IMG/VR virus record: IMGVR_UViG_3300034093_000288
Location: 5,454-69,453 of that record
Length of the DNA stretch: 64,000 nucleotides
Source: a virus
Reading direction: 5' to 3' (one strand)
Shown here: in pieces, positions 1 through 7,413 of the stretch
Layout: every line of letters starts with the position of its first letter
Numbering within the stretch: position 1 is the first letter of the stretch
Position numbers and translations under genes: made by a program
The notes under the pieces: generated by a model
Seen by the model: only the letters and a program-made list of their open reading frames with translations
Databases searched by the model: none
What the model was told of the DNA's origin: nothing

Positions 1-84
1 TCTATTAAAACAAAAAAATTGAAATTAAATATCCAACAGAGATTCCTGCTAAGAAGTGTAGTAGGTAGTCGTAGTAGTTCTTTT

Positions 85-345
85 TCATAGGTCGCTAAAT
101 TTTAATCCGTAGTTCAATGCAAACCAAGACATCTGTTTCTTGGATGCTTCTTTTCTTGTCCTAAGCTCTTTGCGTAGGTATGCAGCTCCCCACTCCATCC
201 ACTGCTCGTGCTGTGCCACGGTCATCGTCCAATCGGTGTACCACGCATCCTCACGGGCCTTTATGTCGTCATACGTCACCTCGTGACCTGCAAGCTCAAA
301 CATTTTGTTGATGAGGTCTTCAAGTATCTGTTCTTCTTTTGTCAT
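85..345 (-). CDS. hypothetical phage protein (86 aa)
   Basis: Clean ATG ORF with AT-rich leader; no recognisable motif. Confidence 0.7.
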   Translation of the reverse strand: MTKEEQILEDLINKMFELAGHEVTYDDIKAREDAWYTDWTMTVAQHEQWMEWGAAYLRKELRTRKEASKKQMSWFALNYGLKFSDL

Positions 346-772
346 TTCTATTTAATTTATGTGGCAAAAATCACCCTCTATACTTTTTAGTTTTGTAAAG
401 CAATTTGTACCACTTTTTGGTATATTTTGCAAAGTTTTTATCAGCTTATAACCTTATACATGATAGGGTACTAATGTATAGATTGTTGGGTTTTTTATAC
501 ATAAGTGGTCATATAAGGCACAAATGTCCAGTTTTTTGAGCTATAAACGGGACATTATCATTATCTATATTTCACCAAATGTGCCTAATATTAAGCGTTT
601 TTTGCCGTGTTTAAGTAAATAACCCCGACAACAGTATCACAGTAGGTGCATAAATGCGAGTTTAAAAAGAGGGGAGGCTCCTGACTTACTTTAAAATCCG
701 CCTCTTGTTAAAGGTTAATATTAAACTAAACTCCCCTCAATAATTTATATCAGTAGATTGATGTATGCGAAG

Positions 773-780
773 CAAAGATA
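773..780 (-). promoter_or_regulatory. Bacteroidetes-type -7 promoter element TATCTTTG, leftward
   Basis: CAAAGATA on + strand; matches TAnnTTTG; intergenic. Confidence 0.45.
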
Positions 781-804
781 TAACCCTTTGACGAAAAAAA
801 CAAG

Positions 805-1010
805 AGATGTCGAAAAAAATAAGTTCTGTCGACTTAAAGCTTCCCTATATATATATATATTTCTTTTATTATTATTATTTTTTTTCCCACTAGAAAGTAA
901 AGTAAAAATTGACAGAATCGACAGAAGTATTAATAATCAATAAGTTAGCTTTTTAAAAACGACAGAAAAACGACATATTCTATATAGTAAAATGTCGATT
1001 ATCGACAGGA
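805..1010. other. putative replication-origin-like locus 1 (CGACA iterons, AT tract, IHF-like box)
   Basis: TGTCG copies on the left, (TA)n and T-rich tract, then several CGACA(G) copies; AATCAATAAGTTA at 935-947 fits WATCARnnnnTTR; homologous to 10400-10570. Confidence 0.55.
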
Positions 1011-1101
1011 TTGAATAAAAATCAAAAGAAACTATAAAATCAAAAACATAAAAAAAGGGGCCCCGATAGAAACCCCCTCTCAAAAAAATATGACAGAACT
1101 A

Positions 1102-1296
1102 TTAATCTAAACCCATCATATTCTCACGCATGGATGCACGGACGTCGGCCTCTACCATCATCTCAATCTTCTGCTCACGCTTCATCATCTTCTTGGTTTC
1201 ACAAATCTTCTGAATGCCAGTAATGCCATCAGGACGATTGTTGATTAACCTACCGTTGCGGATATCTAACCCGGCTTGAATACTCATTTTTTTCAT
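1102..1296 (-). CDS. small hypothetical protein (64 aa, MKKMSIQAGL...)
   Basis: Start moved from 1419 to ATG 1296 because a TACCTTTG promoter element lies at 1314-1321. Confidence 0.65.
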   Translation of the reverse strand: MKKMSIQAGLDIRNGRLINNRPDGITGIQKICETKKMMKREQKIEMMVEADVRASMRENMMGLD

Positions 1297-1313
1297 AACT
1301 AATTGGTTTTCTA

Positions 1314-1321
1314 CAAAGGTA
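1314..1321 (-). promoter_or_regulatory. -7 promoter element TACCTTTG
   Basis: Consensus TAnnTTTG 17 nt upstream of ATG 1296. Confidence 0.6.
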
Positions 1322-1569
1322 AACATTTGGTTTAGATGTATGGAGGTGTTATATACCCACCCCATTCTACGCTGCGACGGCCGATTGCGAAACCGAGAAA
1401 AACGTCGATAGGGGGGCACACAAAGCGAGCGCGCGCCCCAACTTTTTGACCTTTTCCTAGGGCTGTGCTGTAGGCCTTGCCTAGCCTAGGCTGTAGCGCT
1501 GCCCTCACTCCTTGCAGCTGCCACACGTATAACCCCGCGCCCCCATGCCCGCGCCACCGCTCCGCTGTT

Positions 1570-1585
1570 GTGTCTTCAAAGACAC
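1570..1585 (-). repeat. 16-bp near-palindrome copy 1 (inverted orientation)
   Basis: GTGTCTTCAAAGACAC on +, exact reverse complement of the other eight copies. Confidence 0.95.
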
Positions 1586-1711
1586 CTTCAATAAGGGGCT
1601 TGCGCCCGCTCTCCTATCTCCTCATCTAAGAATCCCCAAAATTTCACCCGTTCCTGTATCCCTTATGCAGTAAGGCTTGTGGAGCAACACAAAACTTTTT
1701 TCACATTTCTC

Positions 1712-1748
1712 TTGGATATGTCAAAAGAATTGTAGTAAATTTGTAATC
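1712..1748 (+). promoter_or_regulatory. early promoter P1 (TTG -33, TAAATTTG -7)
   Basis: AATTGTAGTAAATTTGTAATC; shares the 21-mer AATTGTAnTAnnTTTGTAATC with P2 and P3. Confidence 0.8.
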
Positions 1749-1939
1749 GAAATCAACGGGATAGGCAACCCGCTAACAGGTCACTCCCACCTCGAGGGTA
1801 TTAATATCGGGACTGCGAGCCAAAGCAGGTGAGGGACGGCTAACGAGTTTAAAGACTCTGAGCTTACGAAATCGAAAAGATGGCTTACACTACGAGTGGA
1901 ATAGGGTCGACCAATGACAGCGACCTAGAGTATACGACA

Positions 1940-1984
1940 GCGCGACGGGCAGACCCCGATGTTCGAGTCATCGGCGCGCACTAA
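1940..1984 (+). ncRNA. mini tRNA-like element A
   Basis: GCGCG-11 nt-CCGATG-TTCGAGT-CATCGG-CGCGC-ACTAA. Confidence 0.7.
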
Positions 1985-2009
1985 CCAATAACCCCTTAAA
2001 TTTTATCTT

Positions 2010-2657
2010 ATGTCTAATTTACTTTCAATCGAGCAAGCATTCTTGAGCAATGCAGAAATTCAACAAGCCCTCAACATGACTGAGGTAACCCGCTTACAGC
2101 GCTCTATCGATACAGCGCAAAAGAAGAAGTTCAACACCACCTTAGAGTTGAGCAAGGTCGTAAGCAAATCATACGAATGGTTCAAATCAGACGAGGCACA
2201 AGCCAAGTTCACAGCCGAGGGTATCTCATGGACCTCGGAAGACTTTGCGCTCAAGGTCTTCGGATGGCAAAAATCGTTCTTTCACAAGGTCATCAAGGTG
2301 AGCAAGGTCGATACCGAGGTAGTCGAGCGCTTTGATGCTGAGTGCAAGCGCCTAGAGCGCGAGGGTGAGAAGCCTAAGCGCTCAATCGAGGCCCTACTCA
2401 AGTTCGCAAAGGCTGTGGAAGCTAGCGCCAAGAGCGGTGGAGACGGCGAGGGAGACGGCGAGGGCGATGAGCCACAGGTTGAGACACGTCCACAAACGGC
2501 GTTCACCTTGACGTTCAAGGACGGCCACAATCCAAACGTTAGCATCCGCATCGATGAGAACGGGGTGATGACCACAACTAACGCGGCCATTGACATCAAG
2601 CGAGCGCTTGCGTTCTTGGTGTGCAATGAGCAGTACATCGAGTTACTAAATGCATAG
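2010..2657 (+). CDS. first early protein, hypothetical (215 aa)
   Basis: Long ORF after AT-rich leader; GDGEGDGEG linker; no family recognised. Confidence 0.85.
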   Translation: MSNLLSIEQAFLSNAEIQQALNMTEVTRLQRSIDTAQKKKFNTTLELSKVVSKSYEWFKSDEAQAKFTAEGISWTSEDFALKVFGWQKSFFHKVIKVSKVDTEVVERFDAECKRLEREGEKPKRSIEALLKFAKAVEASAKSGGDGEGDGEGDEPQVETRPQTAFTLTFKDGHNPNVSIRIDENGVMTTTNAAIDIKRALAFLVCNEQYIELLNA

Positions 2658-2672
2658 TGTCTTTGAAGACAC
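2657..2672 (+). repeat. 16-bp near-palindrome copy 2
   Basis: GTGTCTTTGAAGACAC overlapping the TAG stop of 2010..2657. Confidence 0.95.
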
Positions 2673-2677
2673 CGCAA

Positions 2678-2723
2678 GCGGGAATGGTTCAAGCGGGGGT
2701 TCGACTCCCCCGCCCGCAACTAA
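2678..2723 (+). ncRNA. mini tRNA-like element B
   Basis: GCGGG-11 nt-CGGGGG-TTCGACT-CCCCCG-CCCGC-AACTAA. Confidence 0.7.
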
Positions 2724-2760
2724 TCAATAACTTTAATTCAAACCCTTTAATTTTTACACC

Positions 2761-3651
2761 ATGAGTAATTTAACTTTCAATCAGAACGGCGTTAACTTTG
2801 GATTAACTAACGACCAAGAGCGCGGAGAAATCCACAGCTACCACTACAAGCCTAGCCCGCTATTCTTGAACAAGACCAAGGGACGCGCTGATGTGGCGGG
2901 CCTAAGCCCTAAGCGCTTGAGTCAAAACGTCCGCGTCTTTATGGGCGACGTTGAGAGCCGCTTCACCATTGGCTTTGAGGTTGAGAAGAACAGCCTACAC
3001 CGCAACTCAGTACGTGAGTACGAATTGTTTTGTGGATTCGAGCGCGACGGGTCATGTGGATACGAGGCCGTAACACACGTGTTGCCGCTAGTGCCCGCAT
3101 CTAAGTGGCGCACTAAGGTGTACGACATGATGCACAAGGCCGAGAAGATTATCGATGACCAATACAGCCCATCAGACCGCCGCTGTGGTGGACACATCAC
3201 GATAGCTGTTAATGGCATGGAAGGCGACCAAGTTCGCGAGGCCGTTCGCAAGTTCAGCGGGTTGATGTACGCAATGTTCCGCCACCGCTTGACTAATCAG
3301 TACTGCGAGTACAACAAGCGCATGGAGCAGTTTGATGACTGCCGCCACCACCGCAAGTACCAAGTTGCCTTGGTCAAGGGCAACACCTTGGAGTTCCGCT
3401 TGCCGTCACGTGTGGAGTCGGTCAAGCAGTTGATGCGCCGCTATGAGTTGATGTACGAAATGGTAGATGTGGCAGTCAATCGCCCCAACACTAGCTTCAA
3501 GGCATGGGTCAACAAGATGACCCCGCTATTGGTAACGATGTACGACGGCGATGCCGACAGGGTCGAGGCTATCAAGGCTTTGGCTGTTCACTTCCAAACG
3601 TACATCAATACGGGTGTGAAAAACCAAGCTATTGTAAGCTTTGTAGGATAG
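2761..3651 (+). CDS. putative amidoligase (COOH-NH2 ligase, glutamine-synthetase-like fold)
   Basis: Motifs GFEVE, DGS..GYE, CGGHI and TLEFR, typical of phage amidoligases. Confidence 0.8.
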   Translation: MSNLTFNQNGVNFGLTNDQERGEIHSYHYKPSPLFLNKTKGRADVAGLSPKRLSQNVRVFMGDVESRFTIGFEVEKNSLHRNSVREYELFCGFERDGSCGYEAVTHVLPLVPASKWRTKVYDMMHKAEKIIDDQYSPSDRRCGGHITIAVNGMEGDQVREAVRKFSGLMYAMFRHRLTNQYCEYNKRMEQFDDCRHHRKYQVALVKGNTLEFRLPSRVESVKQLMRRYELMYEMVDVAVNRPNTSFKAWVNKMTPLLVTMYDGDADRVEAIKALAVHFQTYINTGVKNQAIVSFVG

Positions 3652-3696
3652 GGTACATGGTGACACGAGGGGGTTCGACTCCCCCTCTACCCACAA
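3651..3696 (+). ncRNA. mini tRNA-like element C
   Basis: GGGTA-11 nt-GAGGGGG-TTCGACT-CCCCCTC-TACCC-ACAA. Confidence 0.7.
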
Positions 3697-3698
3697 TG

Positions 3699-3714
3699 GT
3701 GTCTTTGAAGACAC
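3699..3714 (+). repeat. 16-bp near-palindrome copy 3
   Basis: Exact copy, intergenic, just after element C. Confidence 0.95.
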
Positions 3715-3741
3715 TATATTGTTTAACTTAAATTTAATAAC

Positions 3742-3984
3742 ATGACAAGAGCAGATGTAATTGTAAAGATGTTCCAAGCGCCCGTTCGTAATTGGATAAT
3801 TGATAACGTGCTAAAACTAAAGCATCCAAAGTGGCTTGAACATGAGCAAGATGACTTTGGTACACGTAACGGGGTCGTGAAGGCTTATCAAGTATTGGAC
3901 GAGTCCTTTTGTTGGGCAGACACTAAGGAGGGCCATGACTTTTGGAGGGATATATGTCACAAACTAGAAAGAAAAAACATATGA
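3742..3984 (+). CDS. hypothetical protein with W..TKEGH.FW motif
   Basis: ORF; C-terminus paralogous to the next gene. Confidence 0.75.
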   Translation: MTRADVIVKMFQAPVRNWIIDNVLKLKHPKWLEHEQDDFGTRNGVVKAYQVLDESFCWADTKEGHDFWRDICHKLERKNI

Positions 3985-4247
3985 TAAGCAGAGCAACACT
4001 ATTCGACATGAAGCTACCCTACCCGCTAGGCGAGATAGCTAAGTGTGCGTTCGTACATTCACACTACGAGATGGGCTACAGCCCCGAGCGCATATACGAG
4101 ATGCTACATGAAGATGACTTCGAGGCACACCTTTCAATCCCAATGTGGTACATTATAATCGCTCATATTGAGTGGGCATCCACCAAGGAGGGTCACGCAT
4201 TTTGGCAAAACATACACGATAAACTAAAACAAATAGAAGAACAATGA
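3981..4247 (+). CDS. hypothetical protein with W..TKEGH.FW motif
   Basis: ATGA overlap with the upstream stop (start moved from 3942); shared C-terminal motif. Confidence 0.75.
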   Translation: MISRATLFDMKLPYPLGEIAKCAFVHSHYEMGYSPERIYEMLHEDDFEAHLSIPMWYIIIAHIEWASTKEGHAFWQNIHDKLKQIEEQ

Positions 4248-4699
4248 GAAACACACAGCTAATGGCATTTGAAGCTTGGATAAGCGATGGAAATGCAATG
4301 ATAATCGACAACGCATGGAGCACACAAGATGCGTGTTGGGCAAACCGAATTGAGACCAAGGGGGAGTTATTCAAGTACTACCTCAAGGAGTTCTTCGGCA
4401 TCAACCCCGCTCAGTACCTCTTCACCGAGGTACTCAAGTACATGGACGTCAAGAGTGAGCGCGAGTACGTGCTTAAGTACGACCATGCATCCGAGTGGAT
4501 TGTTGACTTGTTCATGACCATTCGCTCGGCTACCTTCGGGCGCTTTGCCAACTACGAGGGCCTTGAGTTCTCGGCTAACGGCATGGTGTTTAGACTTGAG
4601 AAGGAGTTCGGTCGCTTCGGCAAGTACGGGCGCTTACACATGACCCTCGAGGATGGTGTAGAACTTGATGACTTCCTCTACATGGTAGGAGGATGTTGA
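4244..4699 (+). CDS. hypothetical protein (151 aa)
   Basis: ATGA-coupled ORF in the early operon. Confidence 0.75.
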   Translation: MRNTQLMAFEAWISDGNAMIIDNAWSTQDACWANRIETKGELFKYYLKEFFGINPAQYLFTEVLKYMDVKSEREYVLKYDHASEWIVDLFMTIRSATFGRFANYEGLEFSANGMVFRLEKEFGRFGKYGRLHMTLEDGVELDDFLYMVGGC

Positions 4700-4727
4700 T
4701 AGTGAGCGAAAATAATCCCATAAACAT

Positions 4728-4763
4728 TTTGCATTGTAAATAAATTGTAATACCTTTGTAATC
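4728..4763 (+). promoter_or_regulatory. early promoter P2 (TTTG -33, TACCTTTG -7)
   Basis: AATTGTAATACCTTTGTAATC, 19-nt spacer. Confidence 0.8.
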
Positions 4764-4778
4764 CAATAACACAAGAAC

Positions 4779-4961
4779 ATGAGAACAGCAGTTAAATTAT
4801 CAGTAATCTACGGCGCTATATGCGCTTCAGTCGCATTGGCAATGACGTCATGCGCTAGTCAAAAACAATACGTTAGATGCGATGCGTACAAGACGCACTA
4901 TAAGCCCCTCAAGGCTGAGAAGCACCATGGTCACCACATCAAATGCGACGCTTATAACTAG
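4779..4961 (+). CDS. small putative lipoprotein
   Basis: Hydrophobic N-terminus with lipobox-like MTSC; CDAY occurs twice. Confidence 0.6.
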   Translation: MRTAVKLSVIYGAICASVALAMTSCASQKQYVRCDAYKTHYKPLKAEKHHGHHIKCDAYN

Positions 4962-4964
4962 GCC

Positions 4965-5282
4965 ATGAGAGTAGACTTCGCAGTACTAGACAGCTTGGTT
5001 CAAAGGGAGTTTGAGCCACAGCAGACGATGGATGTCTTAGCGAATGAGCCCATGGTAGTGATGTCATGGGGCGCTCGAAAGTTCGCTCAGTACAAGAACA
5101 AGGCGCTCTTCTTTAGAGTGAGTGGCCGCTTGCACAGGGGCATTGTGTGCATCACCCTAGCTTGGGATGACACCTACACAATCACATTGCTCAACTTAAA
5201 GTTCGAGGTAAATCAAACGCGAACGGACGTATACTTCGACGAGTTGGTCAACAACATCGACCACATGGTCGAGACAAGGTAG
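4965..5282 (+). CDS. hypothetical phage protein (105 aa)
   Basis: ORF with SWG...F.VSG..H.G.V.I.L...DTY...DVYFDEL pattern. Confidence 0.8.
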   Translation: MRVDFAVLDSLVQREFEPQQTMDVLANEPMVVMSWGARKFAQYKNKALFFRVSGRLHRGIVCITLAWDDTYTITLLNLKFEVNQTRTDVYFDELVNNIDHMVETR

Positions 5283-5297
5283 TGTCTTTGAAGACAC
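5282..5297 (+). repeat. 16-bp near-palindrome copy 4
   Basis: Exact copy overlapping the TAG stop of 4965..5282. Confidence 0.95.
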
Positions 5298-5300
5298 CAA

Positions 5301-5345
5301 GGTACGATGGTCTTAAGGGAGGTTCGATTCCTCCCGTACCACTAA
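5301..5345 (+). ncRNA. mini tRNA-like element D
   Basis: GGTAC-11 nt-GGGAGG-TTCGATT-CCTCCC-GTACC-ACTAA. Confidence 0.7.
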
Positions 5346-5363
5346 ACAATTAAAACAAATCAA

Positions 5364-5681
5364 ATGACAACAACACAAAACAAAGAAATGAGAGAGTTCA
5401 TCTTCAACGAGATGAATGCCTACGTAGCTATGTGTAGCGCAGACCGATACGGGCAACTTAGCACAATGGACGTGTACTCAGTATTCAAGAGCAGAACTGA
5501 TGAGGTTCTTGAGTACCTTAAGCAAGACCCGATGATTAGGGTATCTACATACGGCGGGCGCTTTGGTTCATACAAGGGCATCGGTGGTTTGCACGACATA
5601 CAAGACGAAGAGATGCGTGAGGCTTGCAAGTGGACATGGGCAAGAAACAAGAGTAGAATACAAAACCAAAACCAATGGTAA
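5364..5681 (+). CDS. hypothetical protein
   Basis: ORF with A-rich leader. Confidence 0.75.
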   Translation: MTTTQNKEMREFIFNEMNAYVAMCSADRYGQLSTMDVYSVFKSRTDEVLEYLKQDPMIRVSTYGGRFGSYKGIGGLHDIQDEEMREACKWTWARNKSRIQNQNQW

Positions 5682-5683
5682 AT

Positions 5684-5923
5684 ATGAAAGCAAGAGTTAA
5701 CCCATTCACCCGCGAGGTGATATTAGACAACGGACGTGAGGAGTTGTCAGTTCAGTTTACTGATTTAGATGAGTGGAGTTCGCTAAAGTTTAGCGACGGG
5801 TCATCATACGACATTCACTTCTACTATGATGAGACATTTCAACTGAGTGTATATCTAATTGAAAATGATGGCGAGGTAGCCTATGATGAAAGTGTATTAA
5901 CCAAAATAAATATAGAGTACTAA
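5684..5923 (+). CDS. hypothetical acidic protein
   Basis: ORF tightly packed in the operon. Confidence 0.65.
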   Translation: MKARVNPFTREVILDNGREELSVQFTDLDEWSSLKFSDGSSYDIHFYYDETFQLSVYLIENDGEVAYDESVLTKINIEY

Positions 5924-6114
5924 TGGACACACTAAACGAAGAACAAAGAAAAAAACTGATGCAAGAGATTCTTGATAGACTCATGTACTTGCCAAGCTTA
6001 AAGAGACGTGACTTCCTTGACACGTTACTAGACTCATTTGATGAGTACCCCCTAGACTATACCATCAACGATAGAGGTATGCGAGTCTACACTAACCCTA
6101 ATTTTAAAAAATAA
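5923..6114 (+). CDS. hypothetical protein
   Basis: TAATG-coupled ORF. Confidence 0.7.
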   Translation: MDTLNEEQRKKLMQEILDRLMYLPSLKRRDFLDTLLDSFDEYPLDYTINDRGMRVYTNPNFKK

Positions 6115-6119
6115 TAACT

Positions 6120-7169
6120 ATGTGCGTAATAATTGTAAAGAACAACAACAAGAAAATCAACACCAATGTGCTCAGCACAGCAAGTAAAATCAACCCCGAC
6201 GGGCTTGGCATCGTATGGCTTGACACCTACGAGGTAAGCCATCACAAATCAACTGAGTGGCTTAAGCTTAACACCGAGCGCCCATTCATTGCTCACTTCC
6301 GCTATGCTACCGTCGGTAAGGTCGGCCTAAGCAATACGCATCCATTCCAATGCGGCGCTCAGTCGGATGAGTGGCTGATGATGAACGGAACTATTGCGGG
6401 TCTAGGTACGTATCGTGACTGCGACAGCAAGGTCCTTGCTCGTCAGCTAGGTAACGTTAGCAGAGAGACGTGGAAGGCTGAGTTATCTAAGCACGACTCA
6501 CGCTTTGTGACGTTCAACACCCGCACTAGGTCTTATCAAATCTACAATCGTGAGGCTTGGGTACAGCAAGACGGGGTGTGGTACTCCAAGGGTAACGTAC
6601 TACAGCAGACACCCGTCGCTGTGTACGGCACGCTCAAGAAGAACAACTCTAACTATTGGCATTACCTCTCCGACTCTCAGTACGTAGGGTCGGGAGAGAC
6701 TGCCGACAAGTACCCGCTATTGGTCAAGGGCTTACCCTATTTGATTGACCACAAGGGTGTGGGCTACAACGTGGACGTAGATGTGTTCAACGTAAGTGAC
6801 GACACGCTACGTGCATTGGATAGACTCGAGGGTCACCCAAGGTGGTATCAGCGCAAGCTACGCGACATACGCGTCGGTAAGCAGATGATTAAGTGTTGGG
6901 TGTACTTCATGGAGGGCATGGAGGTAGAGTCTACTGATAAGATACATAAGTCTTATAAGCAGAACTACCGCTACGAGCCTATGGAGCCTACACGTGTGGA
7001 GGACGAAGAAGACCTACATTGCATTAACTGCCTAAATGTGGTGGAGTACGACAACCTAGACGTGTTCTACTGCAAGAGCTGTGGCGCGTGGTGGGAAGAG
7101 AAGGACCTTATGGACTTTAATGGTGTCTTTGAAGACACTAAGATTGATAACGATAATTTACCATTCTAA
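6120..7169 (+). CDS. class II glutamine amidotransferase fused to gamma-glutamylcyclotransferase (AIG2-like) and Zn ribbon
   Basis: N-terminal MC, NPDG.G, HFRYATVG, NTHPF, NGTI; then VYGTLK and LDRLEG; CxxC..CxxC near the C-terminus. Confidence 0.88.
   Translation: MCVIIVKNNNKKINTNVLSTASKINPDGLGIVWLDTYEVSHHKSTEWLKLNTERPFIAHFRYATVGKVGLSNTHPFQCGAQSDEWLMMNGTIAGLGTYRDCDSKVLARQLGNVSRETWKAELSKHDSRFVTFNTRTRSYQIYNREAWVQQDGVWYSKGNVLQQTPVAVYGTLKKNNSNYWHYLSDSQYVGSGETADKYPLLVKGLPYLIDHKGVGYNVDVDVFNVSDDTLRALDRLEGHPRWYQRKLRDIRVGKQMIKCWVYFMEGMEVESTDKIHKSYKQNYRYEPMEPTRVEDEEDLHCINCLNVVEYDNLDVFYCKSCGAWWEEKDLMDFNGVFEDTKIDNDNLPF
7123..7138 (+). repeat. 16-bp near-palindrome copy 5 (in CDS, reads VFEDT)
   Basis: Exact copy. 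Confidence 0.95.
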
Positions 7170-7360
7170 TGAGACGATTTGAAAATTTAACCTATATGTT
7201 TGTTGGTGTGGCGATTGGCTTCTTGCTTGTCGCCACTACACACAAAGAGAAAGTAAAGACTGAGTACTGCGTCATAGAGATTCCAAAGACCTCCGACATT
7301 ACCGACAAGATTGTTGATAGTGAGAGAGGGTATTATGAACATTTAGCACGCACAAAATAA
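7169..7360 (+). CDS. small membrane protein
   Basis: N-terminal hydrophobic helix; TAATG coupling. Confidence 0.65.
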   Translation: MRRFENLTYMFVGVAIGFLLVATTHKEKVKTEYCVIEIPKTSDITDKIVDSERGYYEHLARTK

Positions 7361-7361
7361 A

Positions 7362-7398
7362 TTTGTTTATATGAAACAATTGTATTATATTTGTAATC
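7362..7398 (+). promoter_or_regulatory. early/middle promoter P3 (TTTG -33, TATATTTG -7)
   Basis: AATTGTATTATATTTGTAATC, 20-nt spacer. Confidence 0.8.
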
Positions 7399-7413
7399 TA
7401 AAATCTAATTAAG

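Noticed and set aside
390-660. AT-rich stretch with short repeated words (TTATACAT twice)
   Set aside because: Too short and degenerate to support a repeat or gene call; possibly decayed small-gene remnants.
1102-1526. Extended 105-aa and 64-aa ORFs running into the GC-rich island
   Set aside because: Non-ATG starts, implausible composition, and a promoter at 1314-1321 favouring ATG 1296.
2657-2672. Cloning scar, since the motif contains the BbsI site GAAGAC
   Set aside because: The copies keep natural ORFs intact in three frames, overlap stop codons and form a native terminator; no vector sequence seen.
2060-3777. Antisense ORFs over the early genes, and similar shadow ORFs across the window
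   Set aside because: They lie opposite well-supported genes, lack promoters or leaders, and are explained by codon bias.
1940-5345. Canonical tRNA genes suggested by the GTTCGA.TC T-loops
   Set aside because: Only 11 nt separate the outer stem from the T-stem, so there is no D stem or anticodon arm; reported instead as tRNA-like elements.
1570-7138. CRISPR array or integron attC array from the repeated 16-mer
   Set aside because: Copies are 1-15 kb apart, several lie inside genes, and no cas or integrase gene is present.
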